Positions 32,170-42,300 of a stretch of DNA of 64,000 bases are shown in pieces (position 1 is the stretch's first letter; each line of letters begins with the position of its first letter). Origin of the DNA: an uncultured Halobacteria archaeon (lineage in GTDB: Bacteria > Pseudomonadota > Gammaproteobacteria > UBA9214). The stretch is from positions 15,757-79,756 of the forward strand of contig CAWKAE010000013.1 in NCBI GenBank assembly GCA_963847565.1, given 5' to 3'. The position numbers were made by a program, and so were the translations under genes. The notes beneath the pieces are model-generated. The model made no database searches and had not been told where the DNA came from. It worked only from the letters and a program-made list of their open reading frames with translations.

Positions 32170-32274
32170 ATGAACACCCGGATATCACACCTGGTCAAAA
32201 CAACTGACAGCCTGCTGCGAGCATGGCTGCACCGCATGCGTACGCGCGGCACTCTGGCACTTATGTTTAGCTGA
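32170..32274 (+). CDS. Putative 34-aa leader peptide (MNTRISHLVKTTDSLLRAWLHRMRTRGTLALMFS)
   Basis: ORF begins 7 nt after a TTGACA-N17-AAGACT promoter-like motif and overlaps a predicted antiterminator strand. Confidence 0.5.
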   Translation: MNTRISHLVKTTDSLLRAWLHRMRTRGTLALMFS

Positions 32275-32299
32275 TTTTTTCCAGACAACAGTATTCCAG

Positions 32300-32332
32300 A
32301 GGCCGCACGGTATTTACCCTGCGGCCTTTTTT
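32300..32332 (+). terminator. Intrinsic terminator/attenuator upstream of the DMT gene
   Basis: AGGCCGCA...TGCGGCCT stem followed by a T-run, 46 nt before the next ATG. Confidence 0.75.
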
Positions 32333-32378
32333 GTTTCCGGCCACTGGAAACCGGGCTTGTATTAAAGGAGGAAAACAG

Positions 32379-33281
32379 ATGTCGGTGCCTGCAGCCTACA
32401 TCGGGGTCATTATTATCTGGTCGACGACACCGCTTGCTATTCAGTGGAGCGGTGATGACGTCGGCTACCTGTTCGGCATAACCAGCCGCATGACAATCGG
32501 CCTGCTGGGCGGTCTGCTGGTGATCGCATTGTTCCGTATCAGGTTACCCTGGCACCCGGATGCGCGCCGCACCTACCTGGCCGCTGGCCTGGGAATGTTT
32601 GTCGCCATGCTGGCGGTATACCATGCCTCACGTATGATTCCGTCCGGATGGATAGCGGTTATTTTCGGACTGGCGCCCATGATTACCGGCCTGATGGCGC
32701 ACTTCTGGCTACCTGGAAAATCACTCTCGGCCATGCGTGTTGCCGGTATGCTGCTGGGGATATCCGGAATGGCGATGATATTTATCGGCGCAGACAGTGG
32801 CGGGCCGGAAGCGGCCACCGGCATACTCAGCATGCTGATTTCCGTAACCGCCTATTCCGCCAGCGCTGTCGCGATACAGCGTATCGGCGCAGACATCCCG
32901 GCCATGGCCATCACGACAGGCGGCCTGCTGCTGACCGTCGTGCTGTTGTTCGGCGTGTTCGCCATGAGCGGCCAGGCATTACCTGCCGTCATCCCGGTTC
33001 GCACCGCAGCGTCCATCCTCTACCTCGGCGTTGTCGGGTCGGTACTGGGTTTCGCCATGTATTACTACATTCTGAAACAGGTCGACGCAACGCGTGTGGC
33101 ATTGATTACCCTCATCACACCCGTCATCGCGCTGCTGCTCGGCCACGTATTGAACAGCGAACAGATCCAGTACAGCACCTGGGCAGGGACCGCAGCAATC
33201 CTGTCCGGCTTGCTGCTGTTTGAATACGGCCATACGCTCAACCGCCTGCTCCCGACAGCCAGAATCACTGCAGGTCGCTGA
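32379..33281 (+). CDS. DMT/EamA-family transporter
   Basis: About 10 TM helices, IWSTT, ILYLGVVGSVLGF, ITPVIALLLG; strong RBS AAGGAGG. Confidence 0.9.
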   Translation: MSVPAAYIGVIIIWSTTPLAIQWSGDDVGYLFGITSRMTIGLLGGLLVIALFRIRLPWHPDARRTYLAAGLGMFVAMLAVYHASRMIPSGWIAVIFGLAPMITGLMAHFWLPGKSLSAMRVAGMLLGISGMAMIFIGADSGGPEAATGILSMLISVTAYSASAVAIQRIGADIPAMAITTGGLLLTVVLLFGVFAMSGQALPAVIPVRTAASILYLGVVGSVLGFAMYYYILKQVDATRVALITLITPVIALLLGHVLNSEQIQYSTWAGTAAILSGLLLFEYGHTLNRLLPTARITAGR

Positions 33282-33364
33282 CTTGCCGAGCCGGGAAGAA
33301 ACCAGCATGCACCGGAGCGGATGAATTGTCTATAATCAGACGAAACCACTGACAGGATTTAAAT

Positions 33365-34144
33365 ATGACGCATCGAATCATCACCCTGATTACCGCACTG
33401 TTGCTGCTGGCCGGCTGTTCCACTTCGCCGACGGGACGCTCGCAACTGGTCTTGATGCCGGACAGCCAGATGGACCAGATGGGTCTGCAGGCATTCACGA
33501 ATATAAAACAGAAGACGCCTGTCAGTAGTAATCGAAAATCCAGCAACTACGTAGAGTGCGTCACTAACGCGATCACCCGGCAGGTTGGCGGCCGCTGGGA
33601 GGTCGTCGTATTTGAAGATGATTCGGCCAATGCGTTCGCCCTGCCCGGCAGTAAAATCGGCGTGCATACCGGCCTGTTGAAAGTGGCCACCAACCAGGAC
33701 CAGCTGGCGACTGTTATCGGACACGAGATCGCACACGTCCTGTCACGTCATTCGAATGAACGCGTGTCACAGCAATTTGCCGTGGAACAGGGACTGGGAC
33801 TGGTCAGCGCGGTTGCGAGTCCGACGTCCACCACCGGCAAGACACTGATGGGCATGATGGGCGTAGGCGCCCAGTACGGCATACTCATGCCCTTCAGTCG
33901 TGTGCAGGAAAGCGAGGCCGATATATACGGACTCGATCTGATGGCGAAGGCCGGGTTCGACCCACGCGAAAGCGTCAACCTGTGGATTAACATGGGCAAG
34001 GCGAACAAGGGCCAGCCGCCGGAATTCCTCTCCACGCACCCGTCGCACAGCACACGCATCAGTGACCTGAAAGCGCGCATGAATTCAGCCATGCAGCTTT
34101 ACCAGAACGCCCGCAACTCGGGCAAACGCCCTGCCTGCGGCTGA
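33365..34144 (+). CDS. M48-family metallopeptidase lipoprotein
   Basis: Lipobox LAGC, NAFALPG, HEIAH, QESEAD, FLSTHP. Confidence 0.92.
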   Translation: MTHRIITLITALLLLAGCSTSPTGRSQLVLMPDSQMDQMGLQAFTNIKQKTPVSSNRKSSNYVECVTNAITRQVGGRWEVVVFEDDSANAFALPGSKIGVHTGLLKVATNQDQLATVIGHEIAHVLSRHSNERVSQQFAVEQGLGLVSAVASPTSTTGKTLMGMMGVGAQYGILMPFSRVQESEADIYGLDLMAKAGFDPRESVNLWINMGKANKGQPPEFLSTHPSHSTRISDLKARMNSAMQLYQNARNSGKRPACG

Positions 34145-34150
34145 TTGTTT

Positions 34151-35041
34151 TCAGCTAACCGGGTTACGCAAGGCGCCTGCGTCGCCAACTTCGACCACCA
34201 TCTCGTCACCGGCCTGTAGATATTTTGGTGGTGAGAAACCCATACCGACACCGGCCGGCGTGCCGGTCGCAATAATATCGCCCGGCAACAATGTCATTCC
34301 GCTGGATAATGTCTCGATAATTGTCGGTACATCGAAGATAAGCTGTTCAAGCGTGGCCTGCTGGCGCAACTCGCCATTGACGGTACAGCTGATCTGAATA
34401 TCTTCCGCTGCCGCCATAACACTGCGGTGCACGACAAGCGGCCCCATGGGGGCGAATCCATCCAGGCTCTTGGCACGAAACCACTGGAAATGATTCTTCT
34501 GCATATCACGCGCGGAAATATCGTTGATGGCGGTGTAGCCGAATACATGCTGCCAGGCATTGGCGGCGGAAATGTCCCGGCCACCCGTACCGATAATCAG
34601 CGCGAGCTCCGCCTCGTAATCAAGCTTGCGGGTCAGGTCCGGGTATGACGGCACCGGCGCGCCCGGTGCAATTACCGCGGTGGTTGCCTTGGTGAAAATA
34701 ATCGGGTGTTCGGGCGGCTTGTCAGAACTGTTCATTTTGGCGGCAACTTCACGCGCGTGTTCCAGGTAGTTCTTGCCGAGACAGATGATATTCCTGCGCG
34801 GCACCGGTATCGGCGCTAACGGTCTGACATCATCATATGGCCGGCAGGCGCGCCGCTCACTGGCCGCGAGAACCGCCATGTCCCAGGCAAGTGCTGCCGC
34901 GCCGTCCCCCGCTTCCACCAGTGCTGCCAGCGTAGCGGCCACCAACCCGTCACCCGACTCACGCGCGGCGGCCGGTAAATCGACGACAGTGCCGTCAACC
35001 AGCGCACCGAGCTGGCCATTTTCCAGGGTCAGAAATTTCAT
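34151..35041 (-). CDS. Fumarylacetoacetate hydrolase-family protein
   Basis: CLGKNY..H, DYEAEL, NDISARD, PGDIIATGTPAGVG. Confidence 0.92.
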   Translation of the reverse strand: MKFLTLENGQLGALVDGTVVDLPAAARESGDGLVAATLAALVEAGDGAAALAWDMAVLAASERRACRPYDDVRPLAPIPVPRRNIICLGKNYLEHAREVAAKMNSSDKPPEHPIIFTKATTAVIAPGAPVPSYPDLTRKLDYEAELALIIGTGGRDISAANAWQHVFGYTAINDISARDMQKNHFQWFRAKSLDGFAPMGPLVVHRSVMAAAEDIQISCTVNGELRQQATLEQLIFDVPTIIETLSSGMTLLPGDIIATGTPAGVGMGFSPPKYLQAGDEMVVEVGDAGALRNPVS

Positions 35042-35081
35042 GCAGGATCTTCCGGCTGTCAGGTGTTTGAGAAAAGCAGGT

Positions 35082-35930
35082 TTACTCGCTGAAGGTGTCA
35101 CACTTGCCGGCATCACCGTATTCGATGCCCGTTTTGAACCAGTGCACGCGCTGCTCCGATGAACCATGCGTGAACGACTCCGGTACCACGTAGCCCTGCG
35201 CCTGTTTCTGCAAACGATCATCACCGATCGCTGCAGCGGCCTTCAGGGCTTCCTCGACATCACCGGATTCAAGTACATTGCGGCTACGGTCGGCATGGTT
35301 ACCCCACAGGCCGGCATAACAGTCCGCCTGCAATTCCTGTTTGACGGAAAGCTCGTTGGCCGCGGATTTCCCCATGCTCTGCTGCGCCTGTCGTACCTGT
35401 TTACTGGTACCGAGCAGGGTCTGTACATGATGGCCAATCTCGTGCGCAATCACGTAGGCCTGCGCAAAATCACCCGGCGCACCGTGGCGCTGTCTCAGAT
35501 CGGAAAAAAACGACAAATCGATGTAGACCTTTTTATCCGCCGGACAGTAGAACGGCCCCATGGCAGCGCTCGCCATGCCGCATGCTGAACGGACCGAACC
35601 GGCAAACAGTACCAGCCGGGGTTCTTCGTAGGTACGTCCGGCACGCTTGAATATTTCACGCCAGGTGTCTTCGGTATCCGCCAGCACAACCGACACGAAG
35701 TCCGCCATTTCGGCCTCTTCCGGTGTCGGCTGGTAATCAACTTCGGTTGTTTGCGGTGATCCAATTCCCTCTTGCAGCTTCAGCAGGATCGAGGGATCGA
35801 TCCCCAGGAAATAGCCCAGCGCCAGCGCAACCACGACTGTGCCGATACCACCCTTGAATGCAGCCCCGCCCAGTCGCTGTCCGCGCCGGTCCTCGACATT
35901 TGAGCTTCTACGGCCCCTTTTCCAGCGCAT
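35082..35930 (-). CDS. YpfJ-like neutral zinc metallopeptidase
   Basis: SSNVEDRRG, GPFYCPAD, AHEIGHHVQ, ELQADC, ESFTHGS. Confidence 0.92.
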   Translation of the reverse strand: MRWKRGRRSSNVEDRRGQRLGGAAFKGGIGTVVVALALGYFLGIDPSILLKLQEGIGSPQTTEVDYQPTPEEAEMADFVSVVLADTEDTWREIFKRAGRTYEEPRLVLFAGSVRSACGMASAAMGPFYCPADKKVYIDLSFFSDLRQRHGAPGDFAQAYVIAHEIGHHVQTLLGTSKQVRQAQQSMGKSAANELSVKQELQADCYAGLWGNHADRSRNVLESGDVEEALKAAAAIGDDRLQKQAQGYVVPESFTHGSSEQRVHWFKTGIEYGDAGKCDTFSE

Positions 35931-36051
35931 GGTTCCCCCTGAATAAACGGTTCCCGGGCATTATAGTGCATTTACCGGCAGGTCTGCGGCAGGCGACATA
36001 AAGTTACATATGGGCGTTTACGTCCCGCCGGATTTGCGTCAATATTGGGCC

Positions 36052-36771
36052 ATGGAAACGACCCAGACCGAAATCCCGCAGCCGCACCCGCAACCCAGAC
36101 GCAGCCGCCTGCGTATGTTCCTTATCGTGCTCGCCACGATTGTCGTGACGATCGGCGTAACGTTCTGGGTTATTCGCACCTGGATTTTCCCCTCCGAATT
36201 CAAGCCCGTCAAACTTTCCGTCAAGGAAGAGCAGGTGCTTGACCGCAAACTGGCGCGACTGGACAGCCTGCAAGTCACACAGACACGCGGAACGGCAAAG
36301 GCAAAGCAGCGCAAACTCGAACAGGGTGACCAGGGCGCCGATTACATCGAGCCCGAGGCCTATAGCGAAGAAGGTGCCGACCGCAGCATCTCGCTGTCGG
36401 AACGCGAACTCAATTCGCTGCTGGCAAGGAACACGGACCTGGCGAGAAAACTGGCGATTGACCTGTCAGACAACCTGATGAGCGCAAAGCTGCTGATTCC
36501 CGTCGATGAAGACTTCCCCATTATGGGCGGACAAATTCTCAAAGTCCGCGCAGGCGTGGAACTGGCCTACCGCGATACGCGACCGATCGTGATACTCAAG
36601 GGTGTCAGCGTAATGGGCGTTCCGGTACCCAATGCCTGGCTGGGTGGCCTGAAGAATATCGACCTGATTGAACAGTACGGTTCGGATGCCGGCTTCTGGA
36701 AAGCCTTTGCTGACGGCGTCGAAAACATCAATGTCGAAGACGGCAAAATCCGCATCGAACTGAAAGAATAA
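36052..36771 (+). CDS. Hypothetical membrane-anchored protein
   Basis: Single N-terminal TM helix, long ORF, GVPVPNAWLGG motif. Confidence 0.7.
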   Translation: METTQTEIPQPHPQPRRSRLRMFLIVLATIVVTIGVTFWVIRTWIFPSEFKPVKLSVKEEQVLDRKLARLDSLQVTQTRGTAKAKQRKLEQGDQGADYIEPEAYSEEGADRSISLSERELNSLLARNTDLARKLAIDLSDNLMSAKLLIPVDEDFPIMGGQILKVRAGVELAYRDTRPIVILKGVSVMGVPVPNAWLGGLKNIDLIEQYGSDAGFWKAFADGVENINVEDGKIRIELKE

Positions 36772-37003
36772 ACCCTTCCACCGCGTTACCCGTATCTCCG
36801 CCATGTAGTACCAAAGTGCAATACTGTTGCACCTAAGGACAATAGCCGCGCACTTGCCACCTGCCTAGACTGGTTACCAGTGGCAAACATAATAATAACA
36901 AGCCACCTTATACTAATAACCGGCAGAGACGGACACCAGGCCGGCCACGCGGAAACCAGGGCTTTACCAGTACGGAACGGAACAGAGCGAAAAGGAAAGG
37001 AAG

Positions 37004-37200
37004 ATGAGGACACGCGAATCAGACAGGCGTCAGTACGGCATGGCAAACCGCTTCCCGCTGGAAGATAACACCGGGTGCATCATTCCTTTCAACCGCAGCA
37101 ACAAGCCTGACAGGCGCCTGCGCAACCTTGCATTGCGCGAGATTGATTGCGAGGAATTCAGTCTCTATTCTGTAAACAGATGTATACGGCACCCGATAAA
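37004..37200 (+). CDS. Small protein with two DRR motifs (true 3' end uncertain)
   Basis: Purine-rich RBS; MRTRESDRRQ..FPLEDNTGCIIPFNRSNKPDRRL; the frame reads on into the convergent gene. Confidence 0.5.
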
Positions 37201-37213
37201 CCGGGGCTGCAGC

Positions 37214-37651
37214 TTACATACCATCACACTTCGCGGATACCCGCCGCCCGCTCCAGTTGTTACGCATTTCCATCGTGGTCTCGCCCATGGTCATGACCAT
37301 GTGCATTTCACCTTCAGCCGAATCACCGTGCGAGATAAAACTGCCCTCACCGCTGAATGTCGGCATATCACCCCCGCCACATTGCATTTTCCAGCGCACG
37401 GAATTGTTGCTTTCCTGCTTGTCGACGATACGGCAGGTCCCGTCTTCCATCATGGCCTGTGCGGGATCGAAGTTTTTATCCTCGATGCATTCAAATGATG
37501 TTTCATTGATCGGCTGCCCGGTTACCGGGTTAACCGACTGCATCTTTACTTCCCACTTGCCGGTTTCGAACTGGATGGCGCTGGCCGTCAGCGGCAACGC
37601 CAGAGACAGCGCAAAACCAATAACACTTAACCGTATTTTCCGGATATTCAT
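37214..37651 (-). CDS. DUF3617-like exported protein
   Basis: Signal peptide, GKWE, four spaced Cys, C-terminal GRRVSAKC. Confidence 0.75.
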   Translation of the reverse strand: MNIRKIRLSVIGFALSLALPLTASAIQFETGKWEVKMQSVNPVTGQPINETSFECIEDKNFDPAQAMMEDGTCRIVDKQESNNSVRWKMQCGGGDMPTFSGEGSFISHGDSAEGEMHMVMTMGETTMEMRNNWSGRRVSAKCDGM

Positions 37652-37654
37652 GGA

Positions 37655-38050
37655 CTACCCCTTGCCGGTGCGCGTACCCAGCAGCTCAATTTGATAACCA
37701 TCCGGATCCTCGACGAACGCAAGAATCGTTGTCCCCGCGTTCATGGGGCCCGCTTCCCGTATAACCTTCCCGCCACGACTGCGTAATTCATCAACTGCCG
37801 TGTAAACATCATCGACCTCGATGGCAATATGACCGAAACCGGAGCCCGTGTCGTAGCGGTCGGTATCCCAGTTATGCGTCAGCTCGATGACCGTGTTGTC
37901 TGCTTCATCACCATAACCGACGAAGGCCAGCGTGAATTTGCCATCGGGATAGTCCTTGCGTCGCAGCAATTGCATCCCGAGCACCTGGGTATAAAAGTCG
38001 ATGGAGGTATCGAGATCACCGACCCGTAGCATGGTATGAAGTAATCGCAT
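37655..38050 (-). CDS. gloA: Lactoylglutathione lyase
   Basis: [34 protein letters not shown]. Confidence 0.96.
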   Translation of the reverse strand: MRLLHTMLRVGDLDTSIDFYTQVLGMQLLRRKDYPDGKFTLAFVGYGDEADNTVIELTHNWDTDRYDTGSGFGHIAIEVDDVYTAVDELRSRGGKVIREAGPMNAGTTILAFVEDPDGYQIELLGTRTGKG

Positions 38051-38373
38051 TTTCCTGCCCCGCAGTCAGCCCGGCTGACCTGAATGTGCCACCACAGTAC
38101 AACCTGCAGTCAGAATACCACCAGCACAGTAGTGTTTAAACACACAACCCTGTTTAAAACTTTCCGGAATGTATCAAATTTCACGATCAAAGGGACATCC
38201 GTGACTTCAGGCACTCCCAATCAATCTCATGAAACTGATATATTCAGTACTGTGCAAGCCCGGTACGGTTCGTTTTTTATATCCTGCAACAACCAGCCCT
38301 GACTGGACGGGGCATAAGGGCCACCAGCGTCTCCCGCAGGGACCGGGAACTATAACGACAGGCCAGTTACAAT

Positions 38374-39252
38374 ATGGAAGCAGCTCTCAGCAGTGCCGCA
38401 ATCGCCGTGATTTTCATGCTTATCCTGGGGCTGCTGCTCGCCGGCATCCTGGCCGTCGCCAGCCGTCGCCTGTTCGTCTACGAAGACCCGCGCATCGACG
38501 AGGTCGAGGAGATGCTGCCGCACGCCAACTGCGGGGCCTGCGGGACGGCCGGTTGCCGCGCCTTTGCGGAACAGCTGGTCGCAGGCGAACAGCTGCCCGG
38601 AAAGTGCACCGTCAATTCGGCGGACATGAACCAGCAGATAGCCGGCTTCCTCGGCGTTGACCTCGGCCAGGAGGAAAAGCGCGTTGCCCGGCTGGCCTGC
38701 GCCGGCGGCAGCAACGTGGCACACACCCATGCCAGCTATGCTGGACTCGACACCTGCCGCGCCGCCGCCCTGGTCTCCGGTGGCGGCAAGAGCTGTGTCT
38801 GGGGCTGCCTCGGTCTTGGCGACTGCGGCGAGGTTTGCGACTTCGACGCCATTCGAATGGACCGCCAGCGCCTGCCCGTGGTGGATAACGAGCGCTGCAC
38901 GGCCTGTGGTGACTGCGTCGACATCTGCCCGCGCGACCTGTTTTCCCTGCAACCCGTCAGTCACCACCTCTGGGTGGCCTGCAGTAATCCGGAAGCCGGT
39001 GACGAGGTCGAGGCCGACTGCCGTGTTCTTTGCAACGGCTGCGGGCGCTGTGTTGCCGATGCACCGGAAGGCCTGATCACACTGCAGGACAAACTGGCAG
39101 TGATCGACTACAGCCGCAATGCACTGGCATCGAGACTTGCCATTGAGCGCTGCCCGACCGGCGCGATTGTCTGGCTGGATGATGGCAACGCGGTAAACAA
39201 GGGCAAGGCAGCCGCCAGGATTGTACGCAAGGGGGCCCTGCCCGTTGGCTGA
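38374..39252 (+). CDS. rnfB: Rnf subunit B, long polyferredoxin type (cluster 2)
   Basis: TM anchor, LPHANCGACGTAGC, GCLGLGDC, CTACGDCVDICP, CNGCGRC, CPTGAI. Confidence 0.9.
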   Translation: MEAALSSAAIAVIFMLILGLLLAGILAVASRRLFVYEDPRIDEVEEMLPHANCGACGTAGCRAFAEQLVAGEQLPGKCTVNSADMNQQIAGFLGVDLGQEEKRVARLACAGGSNVAHTHASYAGLDTCRAAALVSGGGKSCVWGCLGLGDCGEVCDFDAIRMDRQRLPVVDNERCTACGDCVDICPRDLFSLQPVSHHLWVACSNPEAGDEVEADCRVLCNGCGRCVADAPEGLITLQDKLAVIDYSRNALASRLAIERCPTGAIVWLDDGNAVNKGKAAARIVRKGALPVG

Positions 39253-39329
39253 CAGGACACAAGGGTGTAGGGTGGAATCACAATTGACCCGAATGCTTTT
39301 CACGGATTTCAGCTAGAGACAGATTAACA

Positions 39330-42300
39330 ATGCCCAAGAAAACCGCAGCACAGCAATTCAAGTACCCCGGCACGCGAATGGCGATGGATGGCAATACCGC
39401 CGTCATCATGTGTGAACGCGAATCATCGGACGCCGCGGGCGCCTACCCGATCACACCCTCGACGCAGATGGGTGAGTACTGGGCAGAAGAAGCCGCCAGA
39501 GGGCACCTGAACATCTCGGGCCGACCGCTGATCTTCGTTGAACCGGAAGGCGAACACGCCGCTGCCGCGGTAACGGCCGGCATGTCCATGTCGGGTCTGC
39601 GTGCGAGCAATTTCTCCTCGGCACAGGGCATAGCCTACATGCACGAGTCGCTGTATGCCGCGGTCGGCAAACGCTTGCCCTACGTACTCAACATGGGCTG
39701 CCGCGCCATGACAAAGTCCAGCCTGAATGTGCACTGCGGCCACGATGACTATCACTGTATCGACGACACCGGTTTCACCCAGGTGCTGGGCAAGAACGCA
39801 CAGGAAGCGGCAGACCTGAACCTGATCGGCCGCAGGCTGGCCGAACTCTCTCTGACCCCGGCGGTCGTGGCGCAGGACGGTTTCCTGACCACCCACCTGA
39901 TCGAACCCCTGCAGGTGCCGGAACGGGAACTGATAGCCGAGTTTCTTGGCCGTCCGGATGACATCATTGACTGCCCCACGCCCGCCCAGCGCCTTATATA
40001 CGGTGCCACGCGCCGCCGTATACCGGAACTGTGGAGCGTGGATAACCCGATCATGGCAGGCCCGGTAGAAAACCAGGACTCGTACATGCAGTCGGTGGCC
40101 GCCCAGCGGCCCTATTTCTTTGAGCACGTCGCCGTCATCGCCGAACAGGTCATGGACGAGTACTACCGGCTCACCGGACGGCGCTACCGGCGTGTCAGCG
40201 GTTACCGGATGGATGATGCAGAGTACGTCATCCTCGGCCAGGGCAGTATGATCGTGCAGGCCGAGGCCGTCGCCGATTACCTGCGCGAAACTCGCCAGCT
40301 GAAGGTTGGCGTGGTCAATGTCACCATGTACCGGCCCTTCCCCGGTGACCTGCTGGGTAGCATCCTCAAGGGTCGCCAGGGCGTCGCCGTGCTCGAGCGT
40401 ACCGACCAGCCACAGGCCGAGGACCTGCCGTTGATGCGCGAGGTGCGTGCCGCCCTCTCCAAGTGCCTGGAGAACGGTGCAGTGACAGGCGGGCAGTCGC
40501 CTTATGCCGGTTACGCCAGTTACCGCATCGGCGACATGCCACGACTCTACTCGGGTTGCTACGGTCTTGGTAGCCGCGACCTGCAACCCGAGGCACTGGT
40601 TGCCGCCATCGAGAACATGCTGCCGGACGGTACGCACAAACCCTTCTATTACCTGTCGGTGGACTTCGTGCACGACACCCCGGCCAACCCCAAGCAGGAG
40701 ATCTACCAGCAGAACCTGGTCGATGCCTACCCAAGGCTCCGTGACCTGACCATCCATGGCAGCGAGAACCCGGACCTGACACCAAAGGGATCCACCACCG
40801 TACGCATGCACTCGGTCGGCGGTTGGGGTGCTATCACCACCGGCAAGAATCTCGCCATGACCCTGTTCGACCTGCTCGGCTTCGACATCAAGGCGAACCC
40901 GAAATACGGCTCGGAAAAAAAGGGTCAGCCGACGACCTACTACCTGTCGGCTGCACCGGAACCGATTCGGCTGAACTGCGAGTACCACTACGTCGACGTG
41001 GTCCTGTCACCGGACCCCAACGTGTTCGGCCATTCAAACCCGCTGGCCGGGCTGAAACACGGCGGCGTATTCATCATACAGAGCAGCCTGGCAGACGCCG
41101 ACGCCGTCTGGGCCAGCTTTCCGCGCAGTGCCCGCCAGCAGATCATCGACAATGAGCTGCAGGTATTCTTCCTCGACGGCTTCCGTATCGCGCACGATGA
41201 GGCCTCCAATCCCGACCTGCAGTACCGCATGCAGGGCAACGCCTTCCAGGGCGCCTTCTTCGCGGCCTCACCGCTGATGCAGCAGGCCGGGCTGGATGAG
41301 GCCGGACTGTTCGACGCCATTGATAAACAGCTGCGCCACAAGTTCGGCGGCAAGGGCGAACGTATCGTGCAGGACAACCTGCGGGTGGTGCGACGCGGTT
41401 TCGACGAGATCCAGGAGATCACCGACAAGGTACTGGGCGCCGCCAGCCAGGAACCACAGCGCAAGCCGGCCGGACTGCCGGTCATGCTGAAGCGCATGCC
41501 GGAAGGCAGCGGCGGTATTTCCGATATTCACCGCTTCTGGGAACAGACTGGCAGCTTCTATATGAACGGACAGGGCAACGAGAACCTTGCCGATCCGTTT
41601 ATCGGGCTGGGCGTGATGCCGGCCTGCACCGGCGTGTTCCGCGACATGACCCAGATCCGCTTCAAGTACCCGGAGTACAACCCGGAAAACTGCACGGCAT
41701 GCGGTAACTGTTTCACCATCTGCCCGGACAGCGCTATACCGGGACTGGTGAACAGTATCGACGACGTGTTCAACACGGCGATCTCACGCATTGAGACAGG
41801 CGGACAGCTGACCCTGCACCTGCGCCGTGCGGTACGCGACGTGGAAAAACGCCTGCGCACCCTGATCGAGCCGGTCGGCGAAGTCGCCGAGGTGGACAAG
41901 CTGCTGGACCAGGCCGTGGTGACTACGCTGGCGGAGTCCACCCTTGAAGGTGACAGCCGGGCACGCCTCGAGGAGGAATTCGGCTGGTTCCAGCAGGCCA
42001 TCGGCGACTTCCAGTTCGCCGTCACCAAGCCGTACTACACCAACCGCGAGAAGAAGGCGAAAAACAGCGGCGGCCTGTTCTCCGTGACCATCAATCCGTA
42101 CACCTGCAAGGGCTGCATGGAATGTGTCGAGGTCTGCGACGATGATGCGCTGGTAGCGACGCCGCAGACACCGGAGGCGATCGACCGGCTGCGCCGCGAC
42201 TGGGAGTTCTGGCTCGACCTGCCGACCACCCGCCCGGAATACATTCGCATCGACGATCTCGACGAGCGCATCGGCGCCCTCGAGACCCTGCTGCTCGACA

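Noticed and set aside
38160-38195. ATCAA half-sites as an FNR box for the second rnf operon
   Set aside because: No TTGAT half-site at the 4-nt spacing.
39423-40988. Long antisense ORFs opposite the oxidoreductase, metG and other genes
   Set aside because: Shadow ORFs caused by high-GC codon bias; no motifs or RBS.
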